22,399 nt of DNA from Balamuthia mandrillaris (Eukaryota): positions 186,001-208,399 of the forward strand of contig JAVKOQ020000071.1 of the NCBI GenBank assembly GCA_031835245.2. The letters run 5' to 3'. Below are positions 10,611-20,857 of the stretch, in pieces. Below the pieces are notes generated by a model, which saw only the letters and a program-made list of their open reading frames with translations, did not search any database and was not told the DNA's origin. The position numbers and the translations under genes were made by a program. Within the stretch, counting starts at the first letter, position 1. Each line of letters starts with the position of its first letter.

Positions 10611-11191
10611 TAAAGGAAAGGGAGTAAAAGGGTTGAGAGCAAAGGCGTACATTGAGAAAGAGCAAGGTGCAGCAAGGCGCTCATGCCCTTTTGCTGTTTG
10701 AAAAGTTCCTTGATTTCAGCAAAACTCAAGGAGGAAGACTGCGTTGGGGCGGCCTCCTGGGCATACAAAATGCCAACCCTACTCTTGCAAAGCTCAATGA
10801 ATACAGTGTTTGGCCGCAGGCTTTGAATGACCTGGTGCACAACATGAAAATGCTTCCCCCATCAGAGAAGACAAAACTAAAGGGAGGGAGGAAGGGAAGA
10901 GATTCCCACCTGTCGGACTTCTTCCACACTTTTGGAAGAGACGTGTGCGGTGCCAACAAGAAATACACGGCCGCCGTTCCTGGAGGTGAGGCACCTGACG
11001 CTGCCAGGGAGGGTTACTTCCTCGTCCTCGCGCAGGGTCACTGTGAATGGTGGTCGTTCGGAAATCTCTTCCCCCCTTCTCTGCTCAAGTTGCTCCAGGA
11101 AGGCGGCCACGGAACTTTTGGGTGGTGCAGTTGCTGGCTGGTCACTGCTGCTGCTGCTGCTGCCAGCATTGCTCTTCCTCTCTTCCTCCAT
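9846..11191 (-). CDS. TRABD: TraB-domain protein (TRABD-like) with C-terminal membrane anchor, 4 exons
   Basis: Exons 11191-10910, 10831-10651, 10493-10106, 10008-9846. Motifs VFLVGTAHVS..S, PNTVFIELC..R, PGAEF, LGDRPIEITL.R, ERDLYM, VVAVVGMGH..G. C-terminal hydrophobic helix VWGGAFLVACLAATSYY. Confidence 0.92.
10543..10610. repeat. (AGAGAAGC)n plus (AG)n repeat in TraB intron
   Basis: About four 8-nt units followed by an AG dinucleotide run, within intron 10650-10494. Confidence 0.9.
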
Positions 11192-11387
11192 TGTTGTTTT
11201 GGGGGGCCTTCCTCTTCTTCTTCTTTTCCCTCCTCCTCCTCCCTCCTCCTCCTCCCTCTGTTTGCTGCTGCAGGGGGTCGTGTCGTCGTCGGGAACAAAC
11301 CCCTCAAATCAGCAGCGGCAGCAGCAGCGAATTCCCAAAATTGCCCCCACCCCAAGGGCCAAAAAGGAAGCAAGCGGCAAAGACGCA

Positions 11388-11659
11388 ATGCAGGCCCCTC
11401 CCAGCACTTCTGGTTCTGATCCTGTCTCCAAGGTGGAGCTCAGCGTCAGCTGCACGTTAGTCCCCCCTTTTACTCTTTGCCACTATTCTTAGTTTGTTCG
11501 GAGCTGCTGCTCTCTCACCATCCTTTGCTTCCCCTGTACACCCCAACTGCTAGCAACCTTGCCGATATGGACACCTTCTCCAAGAGCGACCCAATGGTGG
11601 TTCTCTACACCAGGGACAACGTTGGTCAGTGGATAGAATACGGCCGCACGGAAATGATC

Positions 11660-11708
<49 letters not shown>

Positions 11709-14700
11709 GCTCTGTGTTCTTCCTCAGCACTTGGCTTTTATGTTTCTTACTCATCTTTGATAACCAAAACTATATTCAGAGATACACTGAACCCCAAGTT
11801 CGTGAAGTCCTTTCAACTGGACTACCACTTCGAAGCTGAACAGCACCTAAAGTTTGGTACGTGGTGGCTTGTTTACGGTCATGAGCTTCTGTTCCTCTCA
11901 CCTTATTGATAACGCGCTTTACACACGTTGCGCTGCAGTGTGTTACGACGTAGATAATAATCGCAGCTTGGATCACCAAGACTTGATAGGAGAGGCTACC
12001 TGCACATTGGCCGACATCATTACCGCACGAGGACAGAAACTCATAAAGCAACTTAGGTTCGCCTCTCGTTGCCACCCCTTGCCTATTCATGCGCTTATTT
12101 CTAATCACTTTACTTGTTCTTTTGTTATGATGCTCTGCTTATTTACAAAACTTGAAAGACATCCACACCGACCCTCTTCCCGTCGGGGGCAGATTGTGAT
12201 TGAGTCAGAAGAAGTTGCTGAGCTCAACTACAAAGCAGTGTGCGTTTATTTTTTAAGTGTTTTTGTTTGCTTGTCTCCCCTGGTCCTCTTCCTTTCGTTT
12301 TGCATTCCGTTTGGTTTCGTTCTGTTCTGTACTGTTTTTGAGGCTTGTGAATCTAAGCATGTGTTTGTAATGGGACATACAGTTTCCAGTTCAGTGCTTC
12401 AAAATTGGACAAAAAGGATTTGTTTGGAAAGTCAGACCCCTTTTTCGTTATTTCAAGGGCACGAGAAGGCAGCACATATGTTCCTGTATATAAATCAGAA
12501 GAAATCAAAAAAACTCTTGGTACGCATTACTTTTTAAACCACACTTGATTGCCTTTTCCGCATTCAGATTGACTCTTCTATCAGATCCTGTGTGGCGCCA
12601 GTTCAGCATTCCCGTCCAACGTCTCTGCAATGGAGACTTGGATAGGTATAATTTTTTTTCTTGTTGTGTGGTTGTCCTTCGTTCTTCTTCTAGTTTTCTT
12701 TTCTTGCCCATCTCCTTCTATTCCTCCTCTGATAGCTCTCCTCTTCTCATCGCTCCTCGCTTCTTACTTCTGTGTAAAGGCCATTACTTTTTGAAGTGTT
12801 CGATTGGAACAGATCTGGAAAACACGAGCTCATCGGCCAATTTAAGGTTTGATTCAACTTTGGGATGTGTGCAAACGATCATATGGCTGATATACTGGCA
12901 TTCAGACTAGTTTAAGGGAGCTTACCTCGGGTACCAAAAAAGAGTTTGAAGTTATTGATCCAGCTAAAAAGCGAAAGAAAAAGGGCAAATATATCAACTC
13001 GGGGGTCGTCAAGCTAATTTTTTGTGAGATGAAGAAGACCTACAGGTGGGCTTCAAGTTCGTCTTGTTTCGGTTGGTTTCATTACTAACCCCTTGCCTCA
13101 GTTTCATTGAATATCTTGCTGGAGGGTGCCAAATTTCCCTCATTGTAGCTATTGATTTTACTGCCAGTAACGGGTACATTCCCCAACTCTTTTTTACTTT
13201 GTCATGAATGCTTATCTCATAATTGTTTCTCAGAAACCCGAACTATTCTAACTCCTTGCATTATAACAACCCCCAAGTTTGTTTTTCTCTTCCCTTCTCC
13301 TCTTCTCACCGTGTCTAACTTGGTTTACAACATCAAGCAACCAAATGAATATGTGAAGGCCATAACAGCTGTTGGTGAGATCTTGTCGCATTATGATTCG
13401 GACCAAATGTTCCCTGTACGAATGAGCGCCAGACTTGCAGTACGCTTATAAACAGATTACTAAAAATACATCGTGCTATATTAAAAAAAGGTGTACGGCT
13501 TCGGTGCTAAGATTCCTCCAGGAGGTCAAGTGTCGCACTGCTTTCCATTGAACGGAAATTACAGCGATGTACGTGGCGAGCTTTGACCTTGTTTTTAAGA
13601 TTTCTAACATTTCCTTTCTCTGAAGCCTGAAGTACCAGGAATCCAAGGCATATTAAACGTTTACCAGAACGCCTTGAACTCTGTTACGCTCTATGGACCC
13701 ACCATTTTTGCCCAGGTAACACTGATTGTTTGTGGCGTGTAGACGTGTGTGTTTTTTTTAAAAACAAAAGTGATAAAAGTTACTGACTTCCCTTCCCTTG
13801 TCAAACTCACTTTTAAGGTACTACGTGCAGCATTCCAAATAGCATCATCGGGCAATTCGCAAGAAAACCAACAATACTATATATTGCTCATTCTCACGGA
13901 TGGGGTTATAAATGGTTTGTATCCACAACGCGCATTCCACATCAAAGGGTACTAACATACCTCTGTTATTAGATATGGACGCGACCATCGATGAAATAGT
14001 AAAAAACAACCACTTGCCTTTGTCTATAATAATTGTGGGAGTAGGAGATGCAGATTTCACGAATATGGAAATCCTAGATGCAGACGATAATCCTTTGCGA
14101 AGTTCTAACGGCCAAGTGGCAAAACGAGACATTGTGCAGGTTTGTTATCTTGTGAGGAGTGCTCCAGAATCTGAATTATCATTGATTCTCATTTTATTGG
14201 CAGTTTGTTCCCTTCCGCGAATTTAAGAATGCCCCAGCATCACGCTTGGCCAAGGCTACCTTAGAAGAGATTCCGGGACAGCTTTTGTCATATATGGAAG
14301 CGAACGACATCAAGCCCAATCCCCCTAGACAATTTGACCCCTCGTTAGTACCCATGAGTGGGCCTATTCCGTCTTCCCAGGGCGGCTATATGAGCCAAAA
14401 AGGCGGTACCTCAGCAATGATGCCTCAGCAAGGAACACCCTCTACAGCATCCACTTCTTCTACACAGACCATAACACATGTGACACAAGTGCAGCAAACC
14501 CCAGTACCCCAACAGACTCCTGCTCCCTATGGTTCGGGAGGATTTGCAGTGCCCCCTGCTCCCTATGGCTCCGGGGGATATGTGCCAACTCAACTCCCAC
14601 CACAACAGCAGCCGCAGCAGTCACAATATGTTACACCCTATGGTGGAGGTGGCTCCCAATATCCGCCAACAGGGCAACAGGGCGGAGCGCCCTCCCCTTA

Positions 14701-15115
14701 CCAGCAACAGTGGGGCACGTCTGGGCAACCACAGTTCTATCCCGGTCCTCAGGGCCAGTGGAATGGAGGGGCAGGCTACGCCACTGGTGCCTATTCTCAG
14801 GTCCCCCCTTCCCAGCAAGCAGCTGGTGGCGGCCCACCTAGCAGTGCAAGCAGTGGCGGTGGCGGCAGTTTCTACCCACCACAGTCCTCCCAGTCCCAAA
14901 TCACCTCTGGTGGTGCTGGCGGTGGTGGGTACTACGCCCCTCCTACGGGAGGCTACTATGCGCCACCTGCTGGCCACTACCCGCCTCCCCAACAAGCATA
15001 TCCAACTCAACAATGGGGAGGAGGTTATCCCACGCAGGGCCAACCCCAATATCCATCTCAAGCACCCCCCGCGCATGGCCAAGTGCAGCAACAGTACCAC
15101 CACCACCAGCACTAA
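11388..15115 (+). CDS. Copine (C2-C2-vWA) with ~250-aa Pro/Gln/Gly/Tyr-rich C-terminal tail; many short exons
   Basis: ATG at 11388. Spliced motifs [133 protein letters not shown]. The last exon ends at TAA 15113-15115. Confidence 0.95.
11663..11706. repeat. (TC)n microsatellite starting directly at a copine intron donor
   Basis: The GT donor at 11662 runs straight into about 22 TC units. Confidence 0.95.
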
Positions 15116-15387
15116 TTGCTTCCTTCTGTCACTCGGGCCTCAGGCATCTTCTTCAGCGAATAAATATTTGGGGGGAACACCTGAGGAGTCATTGTTGGAT
15201 TACGAAATTTCATTGTTAGTTGTGGAGCCTTTCTCATTGGTGCGGAGTCTTTTAAGTTCAGAGTTTAGATTTACCTAAAAAAAGGTGGTATAGGCCTCAT
15301 CAGCAACAACCCTTTTTTTAGCCTTTAAAAGTTAACCCTTCCGTAAAGAAACAAAGAGAGAAGACAAAGGGGAAAGAAAAGTAGTAA

Positions 15388-16288
15388 ATGAAGACAGTTA
15401 CCCTTCTCCTTCTCGTGGTGGCATGCTTGGCTGCAGTGGTAAGTTCTCGCACCATCCTGTTTTGCATTGCACTTGACCAAGTTTGTGCCTGAACCTCGCT
15501 TGTCACTCCCTTTCCATCCCCAATTACTTGCGTTTGGCTACTCTTGACAGCGTTTTGCTCACTCCCTGGGTTGTCCTTGTGTGGATGGGCAAGCCTTCCC
15601 ACCAACTTCTGGCCCCGGCCGTCTATTTGTACCTAAAGGAAAGAACTCAGAGGAACTGATAGAAAGGTTTTTGGGTCACTTTCTGCTTGGCAACCGCCGA
15701 GGACAGTTTGCTGCCTCCAGATTCAATGAACCCACCGACCTTCGGGACTACGCTTACGAGCACTCCAAAATGATGCACGATGCTGGTGAGGTCCTTTTCA
15801 ACCAGTGGCCCACAAGCTGCGCCTCTATTGTGTCTGGCAACGCTATTGGCGACCCTACCAGCTGCGACTGGGAATACTACAGAGACAACCGCCAATACTA
15901 CATCCAACAAGTGCAATCAATTGACTTCACCGCTCAGGGCTTTCCTTTACAAGGCTCAACCACTAACGGTCGAGGTTACTGTGTCGCCAAGGTGGAAGAG
16001 TTCTACGGCCGAACTTTCGGCTTCTCCGCTGATGAGCTGCTCAAGTCCATGTTCAACACTACAGAGCAGATCTACCCTGGTAGATTCAACGGACTGGAGG
16101 ATGCTTTCCCCCTGGAAGATGCTGTTGCAGACAACGGCCAAACTTTCTTTGGCATTGGTGTATACTCCAGGGAGCCTGAAATCGGTCTTGCTCCTGTCTA
16201 CGTCACCATTATCAAGGTTGTGGTAGCCCAGCGTGCAGACTGTGAATGTGCCCCTAACGTCTGTGCTGCATTTAGTGGCTTTTTCTAA
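15388..16288 (+). CDS. Secreted protein, probably a divergent CAP/SCP-superfamily member, 2 exons
   Basis: Exon 1 (15388-15438, MKTVTLLLLVVACLAAV, signal-peptide-like) ends at a GTAAGT donor and joins in phase 0 to exon 2 (15551-16288). N.R...L..YA.EHS..M and FGIGVY...VYVT resemble CAP elements. Cys clusters at both ends. Confidence 0.6.
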
Positions 16289-16364
16289 GCCTTACTTTTA
16301 ATAACACTTTTCTTTTCCTAGAAAACTGATCGATTAAAAGTCACATAAGTGAGTAAACTCACAA

Positions 16365-16859
16365 ATGAAAGTTCTTGCGAGAACGCGGGGATGGGGTGGG
16401 CTAGAGGGCTTCAGAAGCGCCCATCCACTTTCCCATCGGCGCGTCCCCATATTATGGCTCCATCGGACAACGCTACTCAACGACACCGCCTGGGAGAATG
16501 ATGCTCTGCAGGAGTATGTTGCGTGCTCCATTTATGTCTATCCAATCGTACCCATGTCCACTCGAAGATTCGCTCCTGCCGATTGTGTTGCTTTTGTTCA
16601 CGGGTCACACGGAGGCACCAGGTGCAGGTCTTGCTGGTCCACGCCTCCGATCGAACGTAAACCTTGGTGTCCCACTCCAGGGGATCCGGAGTCTTGGTTG
16701 GTCAAAAACTTCTCCGTCATCCTTCTGCCAGAGGAACAGGTGAGGTCTTGTTTCCCCCCAACTGTGGAGGTGTATTCCTGGAGATACCAACGCCGCCCGA
16801 AACATCTTGATCCGCTTTCACTTACAAGCACTTCTTGCCACCCCCTCTTCTGTGAGTAA
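16365..16859 (+). CDS. Hypothetical ORF, 164 aa
   Basis: ATG-initiated, GC-richer ORF filling the space between two AT-rich spacers. No recognisable motif. Possible donor CAG|GTGAGG near 16740. Confidence 0.3.
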   Translation: MKVLARTRGWGGLEGFRSAHPLSHRRVPILWLHRTTLLNDTAWENDALQEYVACSIYVYPIVPMSTRRFAPADCVAFVHGSHGGTRCRSCWSTPPIERKPWCPTPGDPESWLVKNFSVILLPEEQVRSCFPPTVEVYSWRYQRRPKHLDPLSLTSTSCHPLFCE

Positions 16860-16928
16860 CAAGTAGTACTAATTTTGCTTTACTTTTTTTGTTTGACCCT
16901 TCTTTATACAACATTGTTTGTTGCCCTT

Positions 16929-19133
16929 TCAGTTGGAGCTTGAAGTTTGCTTCACGTCTTGAACTCGTTTTACAAGTAGTGGCCACCCAACTTGCACAAC
17001 CGTGAAGGCTTCAATCGATTCAATGGTGGGATCATTTGCAAGGAGGAGTTGTTTGTATTTACGAGCTTGTTCTTGTGCTTTGCGCTCCAAATCCGCCACG
17101 GTAGTTCCTGGGCGCTCTTTCAAGATGTTCAACAGAAGTTCAGAGAGCTTGTAGGAGCGGAGAGTCTCAGGTGTTGCCTGTTCAGTAAACTTTTGGAATT
17201 GTTGAAGAATGCCATGAAGCGACACACATTGAAAGCTTTTATCTTTTCCTGGGATTATGATTCCATTGGGTCGTAGTCTCTTCAACTCTAGCATGAGTAC
17301 CTGGTTCTCATATCGCAGAATTAAGTCGTGCCGTTTTGCATAATCCAGCTTGTGCACACGAGCTTCATTCCATTTTGTCTTCCCTCCCACAACGTCCAGC
17401 AGAGGAAATTCCGAAGACACAGTGTAGACTCCTTTCAATCCCACAGTTGCTCTGAAAGCACTCTCCAATGCTGCGTGAAGACCGGCTTCAGGGAAAGCGT
17501 TGTCCATTCTCACTCCGAGTTTGCAAATCACACCCCAAAGAAGATTCTTCACCGTCTCTTCGTTTGGGTGGCAGATGGTGTGGACGATCTGATCCATATT
17601 CAGTTGTAGCTTCTCTCTCAGATGGTTGAACAATGGACCTGTCACCAAGGTGTTGGGAGGGCGCAAGAAACGCTTACCTCTAGCAGATGGATCGGTTGTT
17701 GGAGGAGGTATAAAGGTAACCCACCCATGGTACCACATCAGGGACAACATGTTTTGGCGCGATGCTTGTGAACCACGGAGCAGATCCGGAAGTTTGAAAG
17801 TTTGGTCAACACTAGAGATGTTGACAGGAACCATTGGATTCAGTAATTCCTCGATGATGGCTTGCGTTTTGGAGTTGACAGGAGGTTTGCAGAACAACGA
17901 GATGATATTATCACTCGGTTGTGTGTTGGGGTCCTGTTTGGTGCGTGTGTAGTGGAGCGAATGGGTTAGCGTGAGGGTGAGAACGAGTAAAGGAGGATAT
18001 GTACTCACTTTCAGAGCATCCACTAATACCTGTGGGTCTACCTGCTTCCAGCTCTGCACTACATCACGAAACTGGGAATTCGCCAGGTATTTGCGGAAAA
18101 AGGAAAGGCAGAGTGTGGTGTTGTACATCAGTTTCTCGTCTGGAACATTTTCATGGAAGCGATAACCATTGTAGTAGCGCTGCATCACTTCAAGCACAAC
18201 AGCCTGTTCGTTTCCAGAGACTCCAATTGCTGCCAGTGCCTCCGAAAGATCCCGTTTCGTAAGCCCACAAGCATCAGCCAGACTGTCAACGAGAGTAATT
18301 TGCTCGATGTTGTTCGCTCCAGAAGCGTCAGCAAGGGCGAGGGGAGCGATACCAAAGGTGATGGATCGGTAGTCCATCAGCCGTGAGTTGCCTGTTTTGA
18401 TTGCTTCGTAGAAGGCTCTAATGGGCGAAGAAAGAGGTACCCCAGAGGTGCCAGTCACCACCTTGTTATATGCGCGTATGTCTTCCAGCATCAACTTGTT
18501 TGCAAAGCGATCATACTCGTCTATCAGCACAAGGAGGCGTGGGTTGGTGCTACGGCTTACTGCACCCATCAGTGATTGAAGGGAAGCCAACGCATTCTTC
18601 TCATTTTGAAGGAGAGACCGTAATCTTGAGAGAAGTTCATTATAGAATAGTTGATCTTGTCACGCAGAGCAGCAGAGATGCCAGTAGGGGTTGCAGAGGT
18701 GGTGTCAATGGAGAAATCTAGGGGAAGAACATAAAAGCAGTTCTTCAACGGGATCGGGTTCTTTCCAATGTAGAGATCCCCGAAGAGGTTGTTGAACTCG
18801 TTCTTCTGACGAAGATCATAGTACGAATGGAGAGTCGAGTTAAGGAGGGATTTCCCAAAGCGAGGAGGACGCAAGAACATGGAATGTTTTCCAGCCTTCT
18901 CGAAAACAGGGATCACATGTGTCTTGTCAGAATACCACTAGAAGCAGGAACATGAACGTCAGTTCGTCTGCTAGAAAGAAGAAAGCACAGTTCTCATACC
19001 TGCTTGGCCTTTCGGATTTCAGCAAAGTTCTGTTGCCCATAAGGAAAGAAAATGGGCGTGGCTGGAGAAGCTTCGTTGCGAAAATAGGGATCAAGAAAAA
19101 GTCGAATGAGCAAGAGGAGAAGGAAGAAGAAAC

Positions 19134-19180
<47 letters not shown>

Positions 19181-19604
19181 AAGATCGGGCATGGAAGTGC
19201 AGAAAGAAGAGGAGTTAAACAAAAACGAACCGTTCGCTACACCCAAAGTGTTGTTTGTAGGACCCTCAGCAGGTGGCACAGCACAATGACGTTCAGGGTC
19301 TGCTGTATTTTAATCAAAGCAAATGAACAACAACAACATAAGACAACAACAACAACAACAACAACATAAGACAACAACAACAACAACAACAACAACATAA
19401 GACAACAACAACATAAGACAACAACAACATAAGACAACAACAACATAAGACAACATAAGACAACATAAGACAACAACAAACAATCATACCTTGATTCTGG
19501 AGAGTAAACGAAAATACATGCCTCGAGAAACACAACGGTGGAGGGGAAATAGTGATCCTCTTCACAAACTGAGTGCGAAGGGGAGACCATTGTTGCCCCA
19601 ACAT
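16929..19604 (-). CDS. AAA-ATPase-like (PF09820-type) P-loop NTPase fused to a C-terminal PD-(D/E)XK nuclease; spliced, with one apparent frameshift near 18605
   Basis: Exons 19604-19490, 19299-19231, 19061-19000, 18937-18009 and 17933-16929 have consistent phases (the first two are less certain). Motifs FPYGQQNFAEIR..YSDKT, Walker A RPPRFGKS, LFGDLYI, Walker B VLIDEYD, YYNGYRF, MYNT; nuclease SE..D(L)..LELK and A..Q...Y. The frame changes at an A4 run (18607-18604). Confidence 0.85.
19143..19176. repeat. (AG)n microsatellite in predicted intron of the ATPase-nuclease gene
   Basis: About 17 AG units. Confidence 0.95.
19326..19478. repeat. Composite (ACA)n-TAAG minisatellite
   Basis: Variable-length ACA runs punctuated by about 8 copies of TAAG, inside predicted intron 19489-19300. 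Confidence 0.95.
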
Positions 19605-19640
19605 GGTTGAACGCGAGAACTTGATGAGAGGCAGACCAAA

Positions 19641-19699
19641 AGGAAATGAGAGGAAGTTGAAGTCTTTGTTGTTAGGAAATGAGAGGAAGTTGAAGTCTT
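19641..19699. repeat. 26-bp direct repeat (AGGAAATGAGAGGAAGTTGAAGTCTT x2, 7-nt spacer)
   Basis: Exact copies at 19641-19666 and 19674-19699. Confidence 0.9.
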
Positions 19700-20171
19700 C
19701 CAGCGTAGGAAACCAGTGACGTGGCAGGAAGCCAAGATCATAAGATCTACAACAAAAAAAATTAACCCCTTTCCGGTGGTTTGGGTCACGGCATTTTTGG
19801 CCGCTAACTTTTTTTTTCTTGTTGGTTTTTCATTTAATTTTTTTTTGTAATGAAGAAATAGAAATACACATCTGAAGAGCAAAAGAACCATGCAGCAATA
19901 CAGAGCCAAGCTCCGCCATTTATATGCACACATGTAGCGTGCACAACAGAGGCTGGAGCACAGTTTGAAGGGAGAGATAGCAAGACACCATATGCACATG
20001 AAATAACAGCACAAGCACATCAACTCCACCCACTGAAGGCGATGGTGATGGCGATGGCGATGACAGTCCTCCATCCTTTCTCATCTTTGATGCCATGTTC
20101 GTTTTAACAAATAAAAAGAAAAGTTAAAAGAAAGGAAAAAAAAGACATGAAAGAAATACAAAGAAACAAAC

Positions 20172-20857
20172 AGGAGAGGAGAGGAGAGGGAGAGGAGAGG
20201 AGAGAGAGGGAGAGGAGAGGAGGGAGAGGAGAGGAGAGAGGAGGAGGGAGAGGAGAGGAGAGGGAGGAGAGGAGGAAGAGGAGAGGGAGAGAGGAGAGGG
20301 AGAGGAGAGGAGAGAGGAGAGCAGAGGAGAGGAGAGCAGAGGAGAGGAGAGAGGGAGAGGAGAGAGGAGAGGAGAGGAGAGGAGGGAGACAGAGAGGAGA
20401 GGAGAGGAGAGGGAGAGGAGAGGAGAGGAGAGGAGAGGAGAGGAGGGAGCAGAGGAGAGAGAGAGAGAGGAGAGGAGAGGAGAGGGGAGAGAGGAGAGAG
20501 GAGAGAGGAGAGGAGAGAGGAGGAGAGGAGAGAGAGGAGAGAGGAGAGGAGAGGGAGAGGAGGAGAGGAGAGGAGAGGGAGAGCAGAGGAGAGGAGAGGG
20601 AGAGGAGAGGAGAGGAGAGGAGAGGAGGGAGAGGAGGAGGGAGAGAGAGAGAGGAGGGAGAGGAGAGGAGAGGGAGGGAGAGGAGAGGAGAGGAGAGGAG
20701 AGGGAGAGGAGAGGGAGAGGAGAGGAGAGAGGAGAGGAGAGGAGAGAGGAGAGGAGAGGGGAGAGGAGAGGAGAGAGGGGAGAGAGGAGAGGAGAGGGAG
20801 AGAGGAGAGCAGAGGAGAGCAGAGGAGAGGAGAGTGGAGGAGAATAGAGCAGAGGAG
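20172..20857. repeat. ~690-nt polypurine tract of imperfect (GAGAG/GGAGA)n
   Basis: Almost exclusively G and A on the + strand, with only rare C or T. Confidence 0.97.

Noticed and set aside
10652..11419. 255-aa plus-strand ORF
   Set aside because: Antisense to TraB exons and crossing the promoter; no motif.
14529..15278. 249-aa alternative-frame ORF over the copine tail
   Set aside because: Expected shadow of a low-complexity GC-rich exon; the copine frame is continuous with the vWA domain.
15332..15343. TTAACCCTTCCG resembling the putative piggyBac end
   Set aside because: Same orientation as the 19762 motif and only a short match, so it cannot be the partner inverted repeat.
19326..19478. 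CRISPR-like or telomere-like periodic array
   Set aside because: No unique spacers and no cas genes; it is simple-sequence DNA within a predicted intron.
19237..19590. Cys/Val/Leu-rich ORFs
   Set aside because: Their hydrophobic poly-C/V/L parts are translations of the (TGT)n repeat in an intron.
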